64,000 nt of DNA from an uncultured Pseudomonadota bacterium (GTDB lineage: Bacteria > Myxococcota_A > Polyangia > Fen-1088): positions 1-64,000 of the forward strand of contig CAWKBC010000040.1 in assembly GCA_963847705.1 (NCBI GenBank), given 5' to 3'. Position numbers and translations under genes: made by a program. Position 1 is the stretch's first letter; each line of letters opens with the position of its first letter. Of the stretch, positions 51,862 through 62,127 are shown in pieces. The notes under the pieces are model-generated. The model was not told the origin of the DNA, did not search any database, and saw only the letters and a list, made by a program, of their open reading frames with translations.

Positions 51862-52450
51862 CGGAGTGCCGCGGGCCATGGCGGGTCTAGATCGCACCGG
51901 CGCGCGGCCGGGTCTCAGATTCGAAAGCCGATGGTTCCGTCCTGCCTGACGCGCAGCTCTTGGCGTACTCGCTTCGCACAGTGCTTGAGTCCGACGACTC
52001 AGGAGCTGCACCTCGACTACCAATCTACCGGGACGCGGCTTGGCGGCAGTCTGGATGCGCCTATTTGGCGCGGTTCAGGTCGAGGCTCCGGTAACCGGCT
52101 CCCATCCGTGATCTAGGGGGTCGAAATCCGGACACCTCGACCCCGGACCGGCAAGCCGATGCGATAACGCGCCGAGTTATGTTGGCGAGCGACGCATCAG
52201 TGTTGCTTCGACGTCTACAAAGCCGCTGGTCAGACTCGCAGTCCCGCCTTCCAAGAGTGGCACCGGGGATGCAACGGCATGCTAGGGAATAAAGTGCCAC
52301 GAGTTGTCGTTCAAAAACTTGAACCGTCCAGCTGCACCGGATGTACTCTCTGGGGCGTGCAGGATGGGTGTAGGCGATTTTGGAGAGCGTCGCTAGGTTG
52401 CTACCGTGCGTCGTTCGACAGCAGGCGTGAGGCGCCCGAGGAGGGCAAAG

Positions 52451-52648
52451 ATGGCCGAGAAAGCTGACGAGACGAGGCCGCTGCCCCCGACTTCCGGGCA
52501 GAGAGCTACCGACGAGGCGTTTCGCGAACCAACTGTGGAGCGAGTTGTCCTTGGCCGAAGCATCACATACCGCGCAGACGCCGCGATCGCCGCAAGCCGA
52601 GTTGTCGAACGTGTACTGGCCCGAATAGCAGCATCCACGGACGAGTAG
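52451..52648 (+). CDS. Small hypothetical protein (65 aa) upstream of the phosphoesterase
   Basis: RBS GGAGG, ATG 52451, stop 17 bp before the next gene. Confidence 0.55.
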   Translation: MAEKADETRPLPPTSGQRATDEAFREPTVERVVLGRSITYRADAAIAASRVVERVLARIAASTDE

Positions 52649-52665
52649 GCGCTTAGCCCTCGCCC

Positions 52666-55086
52666 GTGAAGATCCTCCATATCTCTGACCTGCACGTAAC
52701 ACCACCGAACAAGAGTCTACGTCAGGTCTGGTCACCCGCGGCAGCGGAGCTCTCGCGGGGAGGCCACGAATCCTTTGATTTCGTGGTCGTAAGCGGTGAC
52801 CTCAGTCAGCAGGCCCAGAAGAGCGAGTACGATGCCCTTCTGAAGTTCTCTCGGGACTACCTGGTGCCACTGGTCTCGAATGAAGTGACCCGTGTTGTCT
52901 TCGTCCCAGGAAATCACGATGTGGACTGGACCGCAGAGTTCGCCGAGCCGGTTCAGATGTCCCATATCAAGGATCGGGCAGACCTAGAGCAACTCGAGAA
53001 GACCTTCAAGGCGGTCAGCAAGTCGCCTCAGGACTGTGGTCACCGCGTTGCGCTCAGCCGGTTCGGACACCTTGAACTTCTCAAGATTGATCCAACTGCC
53101 TACAGGAACCGGTTAACAACGGCCCAGGCGTTCCTAGATGCCTTCTATGATGGCTCATTAACGAAGCCGACAGGTGTGTCAAAGCATTTTGAACTCATGG
53201 CCGATCCCATCGAAGGGAAGGATTGGTCCGCTCACGTGTTTCCAAGTTCCAATGTGGCGTTTTTCGGACTTAATTCCTGCCATCTAAACGATACGTACTG
53301 GCACGGCGCGCACTTTAACCCGGAAGCGCTTGCGAACGTGACATCGCGTGTTGCCTCGTTGAAACGTCTCCACAAAGACATGCAATTCGTTGCGGTTTGG
53401 CATCATGGATTTGTCTCCGAAAGGGGAAGGCCTGACCGCCTGACGCTGGAAGACATCGGCGACCTCCTCAATGCAGGCTTCGTCGCGGGCTTCCATGGGC
53501 ATACCCACAAAGCTGACCAGCAGATCGTCGACCTGCTCCGGACTCGAATTGCAATCATTTCCACCGGGTCTCTTGGCGCCGGTGCGAGCGAACGACCCGG
53601 AGCGGTCGGCAATCAGTTTTCTATTGTGACTTTAAAGCCGGGCAGAATTCGCTCTGACGTCTTCTCACTGGATGACCAAAACAAACAGTACTCTGGCGGA
53701 CATCACAGATCGTTCTCGATTTCGCCGCGCGACCGGATTCGCATTTCTGAAGTTGCTGTCGCCACTCACGAACGAACTTGGACGGTCCGCGAAGATGGAA
53801 TTTCCCAGGTGTCGGTCAAGCTGACCACTGTGCGAACGGATGACCGCGTTGTTCTCGCTCAATTGTGTCCTCCTTTCTGCAATACGCTTTTCGACAAGCA
53901 AGCCGTCGTCGACCGGGGATATCTACCGGTTAGTGAGACCGTAATGGCCGATGGAAAGATTCGTTACACAGTATCGCCGCCGGCGACATCCTACGACGAT
54001 CTCTCCTGGCAGTACTCCGTTTCGAACGCGATCGCCCTGACCCAAGCAGACCTGTCTATTGTGCCCAATCGGCCGTCGCTGTTTCCGAATCTCCCGCAGC
54101 GATTCGAGACTCGAGGACACACCGTAAAGATGGAGACCGAACGCCTCATCTTGAGGATCGTCCTTCCGAGTCCCTATTCAGCCGTCGAGAAGGTTGGAGT
54201 GCAGGTCGAGAAGCAGATTACCGTCGCTGACGAAATCCATTGGGAGCGGGTGCCGTCCGAAGAACGCCGATGTACGATTGAAACCACGAAAGAGGTTCTA
54301 GAGTTGGCAGTTAGCTACCCGGTCGTCGGCTATCGATACAGCATCATCTACATACCGCCGACCGTGGGTGAGCCGCTGAGGCGCGCTGTATTGCAATTAG
54401 GTGGCCGTCTGATTGAGCAGTGCCGGTTGCGGGTTCGAAGCGACGCTAACCGTTCCCTTTCGTCAGCTCTTCAATCTGCAGTTCGAGACGTCTTCAGCGG
54501 AGTTTTCTCGGACGTTGTCCCAGAGAATGGGGCCGCCGAGCTCTTGCTTGGGGAGGAGGACGGCTGGATTGCTCACGTCTGGGACCACAGAGATCGTACG
54601 CTATATCCGATCTTTGGGCAGTTCAGCCCGCGCGCGTGGGGAAGAACCTTCCGTGCAGGGAATGGCGTCGCCGGGCACGCGTTTCGATTTGCGAAGGCCG
54701 CCTTTTGGTATCTCGGCGACGAAGGAATCGGCTCGTGCGTTTACGAACAGGCCGTCCGAACGAACTGTGAGTGGATTTTAGCAATTCCGATCCAAGTCAA
54801 GCCCCAAGGGGCGGCGATCGCCGTGGTGTCGTTCTCCGGTACTGCCAGCGCGCACCCTCTCAATCGACGTCTGTTTAGCCTCGTCCAACATCTGTCGGCA
54901 AAGAGCGATGGAGAGCCTGGCCTGTCAAGCAAAGATCAGGACGACCTCGATTCTCTGGCAACCCAACTGAATGTTTCATTCTGGCAGCTGCTCGAAAAGG
55001 GCGCCTGGCTGCAGCCTGCCGATCGTCGATATGCGCGTGAAATCGTGTCTGCCTTTGCGCCTACGTTATCTAATCCAAGTAATTGA
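52666..55086 (+). CDS. Calcineurin-like metallophosphoesterase fused to a beta-rich domain and a GAF-like domain
   Basis: HISDLH, SGDL, PGNHD, WHH, HGHTH; C-terminal GNGVAGHAF...WILAIPI...IAVVSF. Confidence 0.85.
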   Translation: MKILHISDLHVTPPNKSLRQVWSPAAAELSRGGHESFDFVVVSGDLSQQAQKSEYDALLKFSRDYLVPLVSNEVTRVVFVPGNHDVDWTAEFAEPVQMSHIKDRADLEQLEKTFKAVSKSPQDCGHRVALSRFGHLELLKIDPTAYRNRLTTAQAFLDAFYDGSLTKPTGVSKHFELMADPIEGKDWSAHVFPSSNVAFFGLNSCHLNDTYWHGAHFNPEALANVTSRVASLKRLHKDMQFVAVWHHGFVSERGRPDRLTLEDIGDLLNAGFVAGFHGHTHKADQQIVDLLRTRIAIISTGSLGAGASERPGAVGNQFSIVTLKPGRIRSDVFSLDDQNKQYSGGHHRSFSISPRDRIRISEVAVATHERTWTVREDGISQVSVKLTTVRTDDRVVLAQLCPPFCNTLFDKQAVVDRGYLPVSETVMADGKIRYTVSPPATSYDDLSWQYSVSNAIALTQADLSIVPNRPSLFPNLPQRFETRGHTVKMETERLILRIVLPSPYSAVEKVGVQVEKQITVADEIHWERVPSEERRCTIETTKEVLELAVSYPVVGYRYSIIYIPPTVGEPLRRAVLQLGGRLIEQCRLRVRSDANRSLSSALQSAVRDVFSGVFSDVVPENGAAELLLGEEDGWIAHVWDHRDRTLYPIFGQFSPRAWGRTFRAGNGVAGHAFRFAKAAFWYLGDEGIGSCVYEQAVRTNCEWILAIPIQVKPQGAAIAVVSFSGTASAHPLNRRLFSLVQHLSAKSDGEPGLSSKDQDDLDSLATQLNVSFWQLLEKGAWLQPADRRYAREIVSAFAPTLSNPSN

Positions 55087-55175
55087 GTGCTGCCCGAGCA
55101 TGGTATCGAGCCGGCGCCGGAGCGGAAGCGACAGTATTCGGGGGCGGCGTTCATCAAGGCGCACCTGGACGACAG
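55087..55175 (+). pseudogene. Transposase (integrase-core type) fragment
   Basis: EHGIEPAPERKRQYS..FIKAH resembles a conserved transposase segment. Confidence 0.45.
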
Positions 55176-55189
55176 CGTCTCGGAACCCT

Positions 55190-56365
55190 TCACCTCGCAC
55201 GGAGTCGCCTTTCCGAGGTCTCCACCACCTCGAACAATCCGACGGCTTCCCAGGCGCGGTTACGCTTTCCTGCGTTGACTCGCTTGATCACGCCGGCTTC
55301 CTCAAGCTGAATCATGGCCAGACGGGCCGCCTGGTTCGAGACACTGGCGATTTTCTCCGCGGCTCCGACGTCGAGGATTGGGTGTCCTGGTAAGGCCTCG
55401 ATGAGCTTGTCGGCGGCTGAACCCGAGCGGGGCCGACCGACCGCTTCTCGCCACTGCGTGCGTAATCGGTCGATCGCCGACGCCAGTCTGCCCGCCTCGT
55501 CAGCCGCCGTTCGGACTGCCGCCGAAAATACTCCGCACCACTCAGCCACTTTTCCCGCCCGGAAGGCCACCAGTCCCCGAACATAGGCCTTCGCGTTAGC
55601 CCCGAGCACCAGGCTCACCGGCGGGACGAACCCAGGAGTCAGACCTCGGCGGCGCAGGACGGCGTGGATGAGGCAGCGACCCACACGACCGTTTCCGTCC
55701 GCGAACGGATGGATCGTCTCGAACTGGGCGTGGACGATCGCCGCCTGGATGACCGCGGGCAGGTCGTCTCGGGACGCGAAGATGCAGAGATCGGCCACCA
55801 AGCTAGGGACTCGATCCTCTGGCGGCGGGATGAAGTCTGCGTGTTCCGGCGTACTCCCGCCTCCGATCCAGCCCTGGGCCGTCCGAAGCTTTCCGCCAAG
55901 GTGCCGATCGGGCGTGGCCTCGAGCAGTATCCGGTGGACGTTTAGGACGTCGCGAGTCGCGAGCGGTTTGCTTCGACTTCCGAGCGCGACAGCTGCTTCC
56001 ATCGCCGCGACGTTTCCCAAAACAGAGTCAGCCGTCAGGTCCTTGTGGGTCCGGCCAAAGTCGGCCCGGGCGAGGCGCCGGTGTGAGATCTCGAGACCCT
56101 CGATCCGTGACGAGGCAACCGATTCGGCGCGAAGAAGCTGCCGCCCAAGCGCTTCCCAAGAGACTCCGCCGGGTGGTTGAGCTCCGAGCTGCCGCACAGC
56201 CGTCGTCGCGGCCTCGGCCGCTTCGGCGACATCCGCCGGAATCGCCAGGTCTAGCTCGCCGATTTCGTCAGGGACGAAGGCCTCGTAGTAGAAGCCGCTT
56301 CGCGACTTTCGACCTCCGAACGCCTCCAGGTCCGCCCGCCAGTGGCGCTTCACGAGCGTCGGCAT
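55190..56365 (-). CDS. Fic family protein
   Basis: Canonical HPFADGNGRVGR; ESVASSRIEG inhibitory motif. Confidence 0.93.
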   Translation of the reverse strand: MPTLVKRHWRADLEAFGGRKSRSGFYYEAFVPDEIGELDLAIPADVAEAAEAATTAVRQLGAQPPGGVSWEALGRQLLRAESVASSRIEGLEISHRRLARADFGRTHKDLTADSVLGNVAAMEAAVALGSRSKPLATRDVLNVHRILLEATPDRHLGGKLRTAQGWIGGGSTPEHADFIPPPEDRVPSLVADLCIFASRDDLPAVIQAAIVHAQFETIHPFADGNGRVGRCLIHAVLRRRGLTPGFVPPVSLVLGANAKAYVRGLVAFRAGKVAEWCGVFSAAVRTAADEAGRLASAIDRLRTQWREAVGRPRSGSAADKLIEALPGHPILDVGAAEKIASVSNQAARLAMIQLEEAGVIKRVNAGKRNRAWEAVGLFEVVETSERRLRAR

Positions 56366-56454
56366 CGCTGGATCAAGATACCGTCGAACCTTTGCTTCGG
56401 CAAGGCTATGTCAAATCATGTCGACATAACATTTGATATACTCTTCGCGAGGAC

Positions 56455-56916
56455 ATGGATATGTCGGACTCAGAATCAGATGTCGATCAGCGTCCAGCCG
56501 CTCAGGAGTTGTTCGCGAATCTGAAAGGCGCGCTGCCCGACCTAAAGGCGCTCCTCGAGAAGTGCGGCAGCCACTGGGGCTACGAGGATCCTGTGTATCG
56601 ATTCTATCACCACAGCTTCAAGGTCTATCGTCTCTAGGAGACCACGGCCGAGATCGTAAAGGCACTCCAGACCCTGGCGCCAGGGCGGGAGCTCCACGAC
56701 GAGTTCATGCGGATCGTTCGAGAAGGCACCGGGAAGGCGTTCGCGCTCGAGCACAACGCGGTCTGGCTGGAAACGACGCGTCCGATCCTGGAGGCCTTCT
56801 TCCATGCCCGCTTCTTCCTCGAGATGGCGGTCCGATACGGCGAGGGACTGGAGTCACCGCCGAACCTGCTGCCAAGTGGCTGGGCCGCGCTACTCTATCT
56901 CTACGACTTGCGCTGA
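56455..56916 (+). pseudogene. Conserved-looking hypothetical gene with an in-frame TAG at 56635-56637
   Basis: ORFs 56455-56637 and 56707-56916 share one frame and read continuously across a single TAG. Confidence 0.7.
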
Positions 56917-58379
56917 CGACCCGGCCAGCGCTGTTCGATGGTGCGCTTTAGTCCGGGGCTCTTGCGGACCCGACGCCAGAGGGTGACACGCGTTGTTCGT
57001 GAATACGCAGCGACGTCGCCGCGGTTGCCGTGGAACCTTTCGAACAATGCCAGGATCTGTTCGTCCGTGAGTTTGGTGTGGGCCGTCGACCTGCCCCTGA
57101 CGATCGATGCATCATTCTGACTAGAACCAGAAGCGTGGCCAGCCAGAAACTTCTTCACAACTCGGTGGGTGTCGTACGGGGGATCGGTCGCCTTGTGGAG
57201 AAGGTTTCGCGCCAGACCGAGGAGGTCCCGAGCATTCGCGGGGAGCGGGGATAAAGCCACGGCCGCGACGTCGCGCGCCAAAAGCCATGGGCGGGACAAC
57301 GGGCGATCATCAAGGAAGCGTTGAAATTCCGCGGCGTCTCCCGCCTCATTTCGCAGGAAGTGCACGAGCAGGCAGCCGACATCTTCCCGTCGCTCCCGTA
57401 GTGGCGCAAGAGCTATAGAAACGGCGCTTTCGAGCCGGTTGTTGAGCGTGCGCTCGAATCGCTCTTCTTTGACCCACTCTTTCAGCTTGCGGTCGGTGGC
57501 GGCTACGACACGAACGTCGACCCTTTCAGGCTTGGAAGTTCCCAGCGGCAGTATCTCGTGATCGTCGAGGACCCGGAGCAGCATGGGTTGAACTTCACTG
57601 GTCAAATGGCCGATTTCATCGAGGAAGATCGTCCCACCGGCAGCCGAGCGAAAATGGCCGGGTACGTCCGCGGTCGCTCCTGTGAATGCCCCCTTCCTGT
57701 GACCGAACAACTCAGCACGGGCCTGTCCGGCTTCCAAAGTGGCCATGTTGACGGGAACGAACGGTCCCTTGGCCCGAGGTCCGGCCTCGTGCAGGGCGCG
57801 GGCGGCAAGCTCCTTTCCGGTTCCACTCTCCCCCTGCAGGAGAACAAACGTGTCGTTTCTCGCAGCGCGCAGGACCGATCGCCGAAGCTCCTCAATAGCG
57901 TCGCTGGTCCCGAGGAGACCAGACACCGCGGACCGAGTGATCGGTGGGTGAACTAAGTGCAAGCAGAACACGAAATGCCGCCCGACCGTGATCACCACTC
58001 CGGCGCGCACCTCTTCGGGTGACAGATTGCGGGAACCTGCGAGAGGCTCGAGGTTTACCTGGACTTCGATCCCCGGGTCGCACCGTTCAAGTTTGAATCC
58101 CTTCTCATAGCGGATGGCGAGAGCAGGAGCCTCACGGCGACCGATTGCAGGGTGGGCGAGCGGTTGCCCCTCGTCCAGTCCCGGCACGAGAAAATCCGGC
58201 TCGGATCTGCTGAGGTGCACAACTCCCGAGCCCACGATCAGCGTCTCTAACAGCGCGATCTGGCCGACGCGCTCGAGGTTTGGGTGCCAGACGATTGTCA
58301 ACGCCGGGAAGGCGAACAGCGGTCCGGAGTTGGACGGATCGCTTGGACCAAACCTGAGCGTCGCTTCGTCATCAACCAT
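56901..58379 (-). CDS. Sigma54-dependent enhancer-binding protein (FHA-like / AAA / HTH)
   Basis: [21 protein letters not shown]-terminal GNRGDVA..RVTLWR. Confidence 0.88.
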   Translation of the reverse strand: MVDDEATLRFGPSDPSNSGPLFAFPALTIVWHPNLERVGQIALLETLIVGSGVVHLSRSEPDFLVPGLDEGQPLAHPAIGRREAPALAIRYEKGFKLERCDPGIEVQVNLEPLAGSRNLSPEEVRAGVVITVGRHFVFCLHLVHPPITRSAVSGLLGTSDAIEELRRSVLRAARNDTFVLLQGESGTGKELAARALHEAGPRAKGPFVPVNMATLEAGQARAELFGHRKGAFTGATADVPGHFRSAAGGTIFLDEIGHLTSEVQPMLLRVLDDHEILPLGTSKPERVDVRVVAATDRKLKEWVKEERFERTLNNRLESAVSIALAPLRERREDVGCLLVHFLRNEAGDAAEFQRFLDDRPLSRPWLLARDVAAVALSPLPANARDLLGLARNLLHKATDPPYDTHRVVKKFLAGHASGSSQNDASIVRGRSTAHTKLTDEQILALFERFHGNRGDVAAYSRTTRVTLWRRVRKSPGLKRTIEQRWPGRQRKS

Positions 58380-58647
58380 GCGGCTCTCCTGACGGCACCA
58401 TCCACGGACGGTTCCCCTCCACTATATCGGCTCCTGGGCGGGACGCAGCGAAATGGTCCGACTACAACGAGGCTGGCGATGGGGGCGGATGCGCAGTCCA
58501 ATGTGGTCGGAGTCGAAACGACTGAAGCGAGCGCAGGACTGGCCAGCATTCCCTCTACCGGGAACGTAGGCCGGAAGAACGCGGCACCTCGCGCGGAGTT
58601 GCGACTTTGCGAATCGCCGGGTGGCGCCACGCGGCTAGAATCCGACC

Positions 58648-60867
58648 GTGAATGACGCTCTGTCAGCCCTGCTGGACACGTTTGAGCATCAACTCTTGGG
58701 CCTCACGCGACGTCAGTTCCTGATCGACGCATTCCAGGCCGACCTCGACAAGGTGACGCGGGGTGAGCCATTCAGGTACCGAAACGAGGTCCTGTGGCGG
58801 ATGTTCCTCGACACGCGCGACGCCCACGTCGTCAGCCTGGCGAGCTGGGCACGCTCCGTCTACCAGCCGGACGGCCTGATCGACCGACTGCGGGCCTATC
58901 ACGCTCATGATCTGCCGACCAAGCGGCCACCGGGACCGCTCGACGACGATCCCTCTTGGCGCGCGGGCCGAGATCGTGAACACGCTGACGCGTTGGCCCG
59001 GCTGTTTCCGGGAATGCCGGGGGCGTACCCGGGCGACCAGCAGTTCGACCAACTCCGCGACGCGTTCGTCGCGCGGATGAAACCCGTCGTCGAGGACGCC
59101 TCCAACCGCGTCCGACCGTTCGACCGGGACCCGCAGGTAGGCAGCGTGAAGATGCTTGATTTCGGGGAACTCCGGGACGCCATCAGGTACGCCGAGCAGC
59201 TGATGAACGACCTCAGCATGGTCGGATGCCAGCGCAAGGACGACTATCGAGAGACGAACAACCCGGACGCTGCCGACGTGGTCCCTGACCTGGTCGACGC
59301 TATCGTGCTAGGAGCCCGCGAAGAGATCGAGCGGGCGCGAGGTGAGCTGGATAGGATCGCGTTCTACGACGAGCTCCGCCACCGGCACGCCACTCACACG
59401 AAGAGACCGACGCGGTTCTTCAACGACAAGATATTCGCCGAGTCGGACGACGGCAGCCCGACGCAGTCCGAGACGAGATACGTCGGGTTCTTTCCGGCCC
59501 TCCCGCTCGACAAGAACCTCGAGCTTGGCGAGTGGGTTGTCGGCACTCCACCGGCCGCCACGCCTTGGGCGTCGGATAGGTTTCGCGAGCTCTCGGAATC
59601 CTTGATCCGCTCGTTCAAGAAGCGAGATTTCGAGGGGGGCGCGATGCTCTGGCACCGGGACCGTGGCTTCGACGGGTCGAAGCCGACTAACGAGGAGATC
59701 GGCGCGATCCGCGCCGCCGTGACCTTCGCGGTGCTCGACACAAACGACCGTCTCCGGTTGACCGAGCCTGACCACGCGAACCAAGCCCGCGAGATGGCGA
59801 CGACGGAGAACGCGGACCTGTTCATACAGCCGATCACCGACGACAACGGCGGGATCACTCATCGGCGGGGCGGCCTCCTGAGGGGGATGCTGGTGGGCAA
59901 CATGAAGATCGGCGGCGCCCCCCCACCGCTTGCGGACGCGGTTGAGAAGATCGACAGGCCTGTCCCGGTGTCGGCCTTCCTCGCGCGCGCGGTCTACGAC
60001 ACCGTCCGCACCGAGAACCGGCGGGGACGGGCCATCGCGACGGCGGCGGAGTGGCACCGAGTGGCCCTGTCGAATCCCGAGGCCGTCACGATGGGCCAGC
60101 GGCTCATTGTCCTGAAGACCGGCTTCGAGGCGCTGTTCCGCACGAGCAACTCCCGCGTTGCTGCGCGGAAGCTGCGGTCTCTGTTCGAGAGCAGGACGCG
60201 GGCGCGGAAACACCTCGACCTCCTTCCCTGGGATGGGCTGCTTTGGTCTCCGAGGGAAAAGAGGTACCTCTGGCGCTGGTGCTGGATCGATGGGGAGCGA
60301 CAGATTGAGGCGTTCAGCGAGATCGAGCACTGGTTCATGGCACTCGCCGACGCGAGGAACGCCGTCATTCACGAGGGGCGGCTGACGACCTGGACCTACG
60401 AAGCGCCGCCCGAGCGCCCGCTGTCGGTCTATGCCGGCTGGCTTCTCTGGGTCGGCGAGCGCGTGCTGCGAGAGGCGATCAAAGCGAAGATCGGCCCGGA
60501 GGTGCTCCTGTGCGGGGCTATCGCCCGGCGAGCGTGGGCTGAGAAACAGTTCGGTGATCAGGCCCGCCAGCTGATGGCTGCGGCGAAGGCGCGTGCGAAA
60601 GCGCGCGCCGCCGCGGGGACGGAACCGGCGAGGCCCGCCGAGGCGCACGCGCCCCGCTCCCTGTCGAAGATTTTGGCCTTTCTAGGCGTCCCGGCGGCCA
60701 ATTTGGTGGTGGTCGAGGTCCTTACGCAACTGGTAGCTGGCTACACACACGGGGCGAGCGCGCGCCGCGGCCGGGTCAAGATGTCGATCACCGAGTCCGA
60801 GTTCCTCGCACTCCGCGCCGCCGGCGCCGAAGACAAGCTGCACCGGTTTTGGTACCCATGCCCGTAG
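58648..60867 (+). CDS. HEPN-domain fusion protein
   Basis: LKTGFEAL...ARNAVIHEG (RX4H); separate helical N-terminal domain. Confidence 0.7.
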   Translation: MNDALSALLDTFEHQLLGLTRRQFLIDAFQADLDKVTRGEPFRYRNEVLWRMFLDTRDAHVVSLASWARSVYQPDGLIDRLRAYHAHDLPTKRPPGPLDDDPSWRAGRDREHADALARLFPGMPGAYPGDQQFDQLRDAFVARMKPVVEDASNRVRPFDRDPQVGSVKMLDFGELRDAIRYAEQLMNDLSMVGCQRKDDYRETNNPDAADVVPDLVDAIVLGAREEIERARGELDRIAFYDELRHRHATHTKRPTRFFNDKIFAESDDGSPTQSETRYVGFFPALPLDKNLELGEWVVGTPPAATPWASDRFRELSESLIRSFKKRDFEGGAMLWHRDRGFDGSKPTNEEIGAIRAAVTFAVLDTNDRLRLTEPDHANQAREMATTENADLFIQPITDDNGGITHRRGGLLRGMLVGNMKIGGAPPPLADAVEKIDRPVPVSAFLARAVYDTVRTENRRGRAIATAAEWHRVALSNPEAVTMGQRLIVLKTGFEALFRTSNSRVAARKLRSLFESRTRARKHLDLLPWDGLLWSPREKRYLWRWCWIDGERQIEAFSEIEHWFMALADARNAVIHEGRLTTWTYEAPPERPLSVYAGWLLWVGERVLREAIKAKIGPEVLLCGAIARRAWAEKQFGDQARQLMAAAKARAKARAAAGTEPARPAEAHAPRSLSKILAFLGVPAANLVVVEVLTQLVAGYTHGASARRGRVKMSITESEFLALRAAGAEDKLHRFWYPCP

Positions 60868-60962
60868 GAGCGTCGGCGACAAAGGCCGGAGGACCGCCGG
60901 TCCGCGCAGCCCATCGGGCCGCGCAGCCGACAACCGAGCATGACGCCCCGGCTCCGACGCCC

Positions 60963-61940
60963 CTAGGCCCTGGACGGAAGCCGCGGTCCGCGGCCGAGCA
61001 CCGCGACGATCCGATCCGTCAGTCGTTTGGTCAGCTCCTCCAGCTTGCCGTCCTCCCACGTGAGGAGGTTCATGTGCTGCACGTCGAAGTGGACGCGGGT
61101 TTCGCTCTCCGGCCGCACCTGATCCTGGTTGCACAGCATAAAGACAGGGAGGTTGAGGCCGAAGGCAACCCCCGCCTCGTAGTACACGCCGCCCCGGTTT
61201 CCCCAAAAATCGGCCACCACGAACCGGCTCTCTCGGATCTTGGCGATGATCTCGTCCGTCACGCCGCCGATGAATTCCTCGCGATCGATCCGGCTTGGTC
61301 GGAACCCGGCCCTTTCGATCCCCGCCGCGATCGCGTTGAAAAGGCGGTCCGAGTCCTTGAACCACATCGCGATGAAGCCCTGGTCGCCAGCGGCTCTGGG
61401 GCGCGCCTCGAGCAGCTCCCAGCCCTTGTCGGTGAGGCGGACCTTGCCGTTGCCGATCTCGCTGATCAGCCCGTCTCGCACGAGGGGCTGGAAGACGAAG
61501 TTCCACTCGTCCCAGTTGCCATCGTCGACGGAGTGGCAGTAGGCGACCGGATAGTCGCGAGACGGGTCGTAGTCCACCAGCGCCCCGTGTGGCCTCCGCG
61601 ATTTTCTCGACTCGTAAGCGAGCCAGTCCAGGAGCGCATCTCGCTTCTCGGTGAAGGTGCGCTCGCGGATCTCCCCCCTCATCAGCGCCTTGAACAGGTC
61701 TTCATTGACGAGCACGGGAGGCACCTGGCGGACCGGAGCTGTTCGAGTGAGGGCGCTCAAGAGATCGCGATCGCCAGGAAACGCGTTCATTCCCCTGCCC
61801 GCGTACCAGACGCCGGTCGTGACGTTGAACGAGCCACACCGGCGGCACTCGACCGGGTAGATGTACGAATCTGACCGACGGCCAAAATCGGTCGTAACCG
61901 GCTGCCTGCAGAGGGGGCACGTTTCGCTCATGGGCGCCAT
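60963..61940 (-). CDS. Zn-ribbon protein with C-terminal nucleoside 2-deoxyribosyltransferase/TIR-like domain
   Basis: CPLC..CRRCG; GFIAMWF, IIAKIRESRFVVADF..NRGGVYYEAG, HFD. Confidence 0.8.
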   Translation of the reverse strand: MAPMSETCPLCRQPVTTDFGRRSDSYIYPVECRRCGSFNVTTGVWYAGRGMNAFPGDRDLLSALTRTAPVRQVPPVLVNEDLFKALMRGEIRERTFTEKRDALLDWLAYESRKSRRPHGALVDYDPSRDYPVAYCHSVDDGNWDEWNFVFQPLVRDGLISEIGNGKVRLTDKGWELLEARPRAAGDQGFIAMWFKDSDRLFNAIAAGIERAGFRPSRIDREEFIGGVTDEIIAKIRESRFVVADFWGNRGGVYYEAGVAFGLNLPVFMLCNQDQVRPESETRVHFDVQHMNLLTWEDGKLEELTKRLTDRIVAVLGRGPRLPSRA

Positions 61941-62127
61941 CCTGCACCAATCCCGTGAGCGCCAGTGAGCGCTCCTGGGCGAAAGGCCCCTGGCGCGCGC
62001 TCTGAGGGGCGTTCGCCACCGCGGTCGGCGCCCAGGCCGACGACGCCGACGAACGCTGAGCGTCGGGGCCAGCGGCTACGCCCCCCGATGAACAGCAGGA
62101 GGCACTGTGGCGTGGAGTTCGTGGAGC

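Noticed and set aside
51862-52450. Retron msr-msd or similar RT-linked RNA
   Set aside because: No reverse transcriptase in the window
56635-56637. Pyrrolysine recoding or an alternative genetic code
   Set aside because: TAG is a normal stop for many genes here and no pyl genes are seen; a nonsense mutation is simpler
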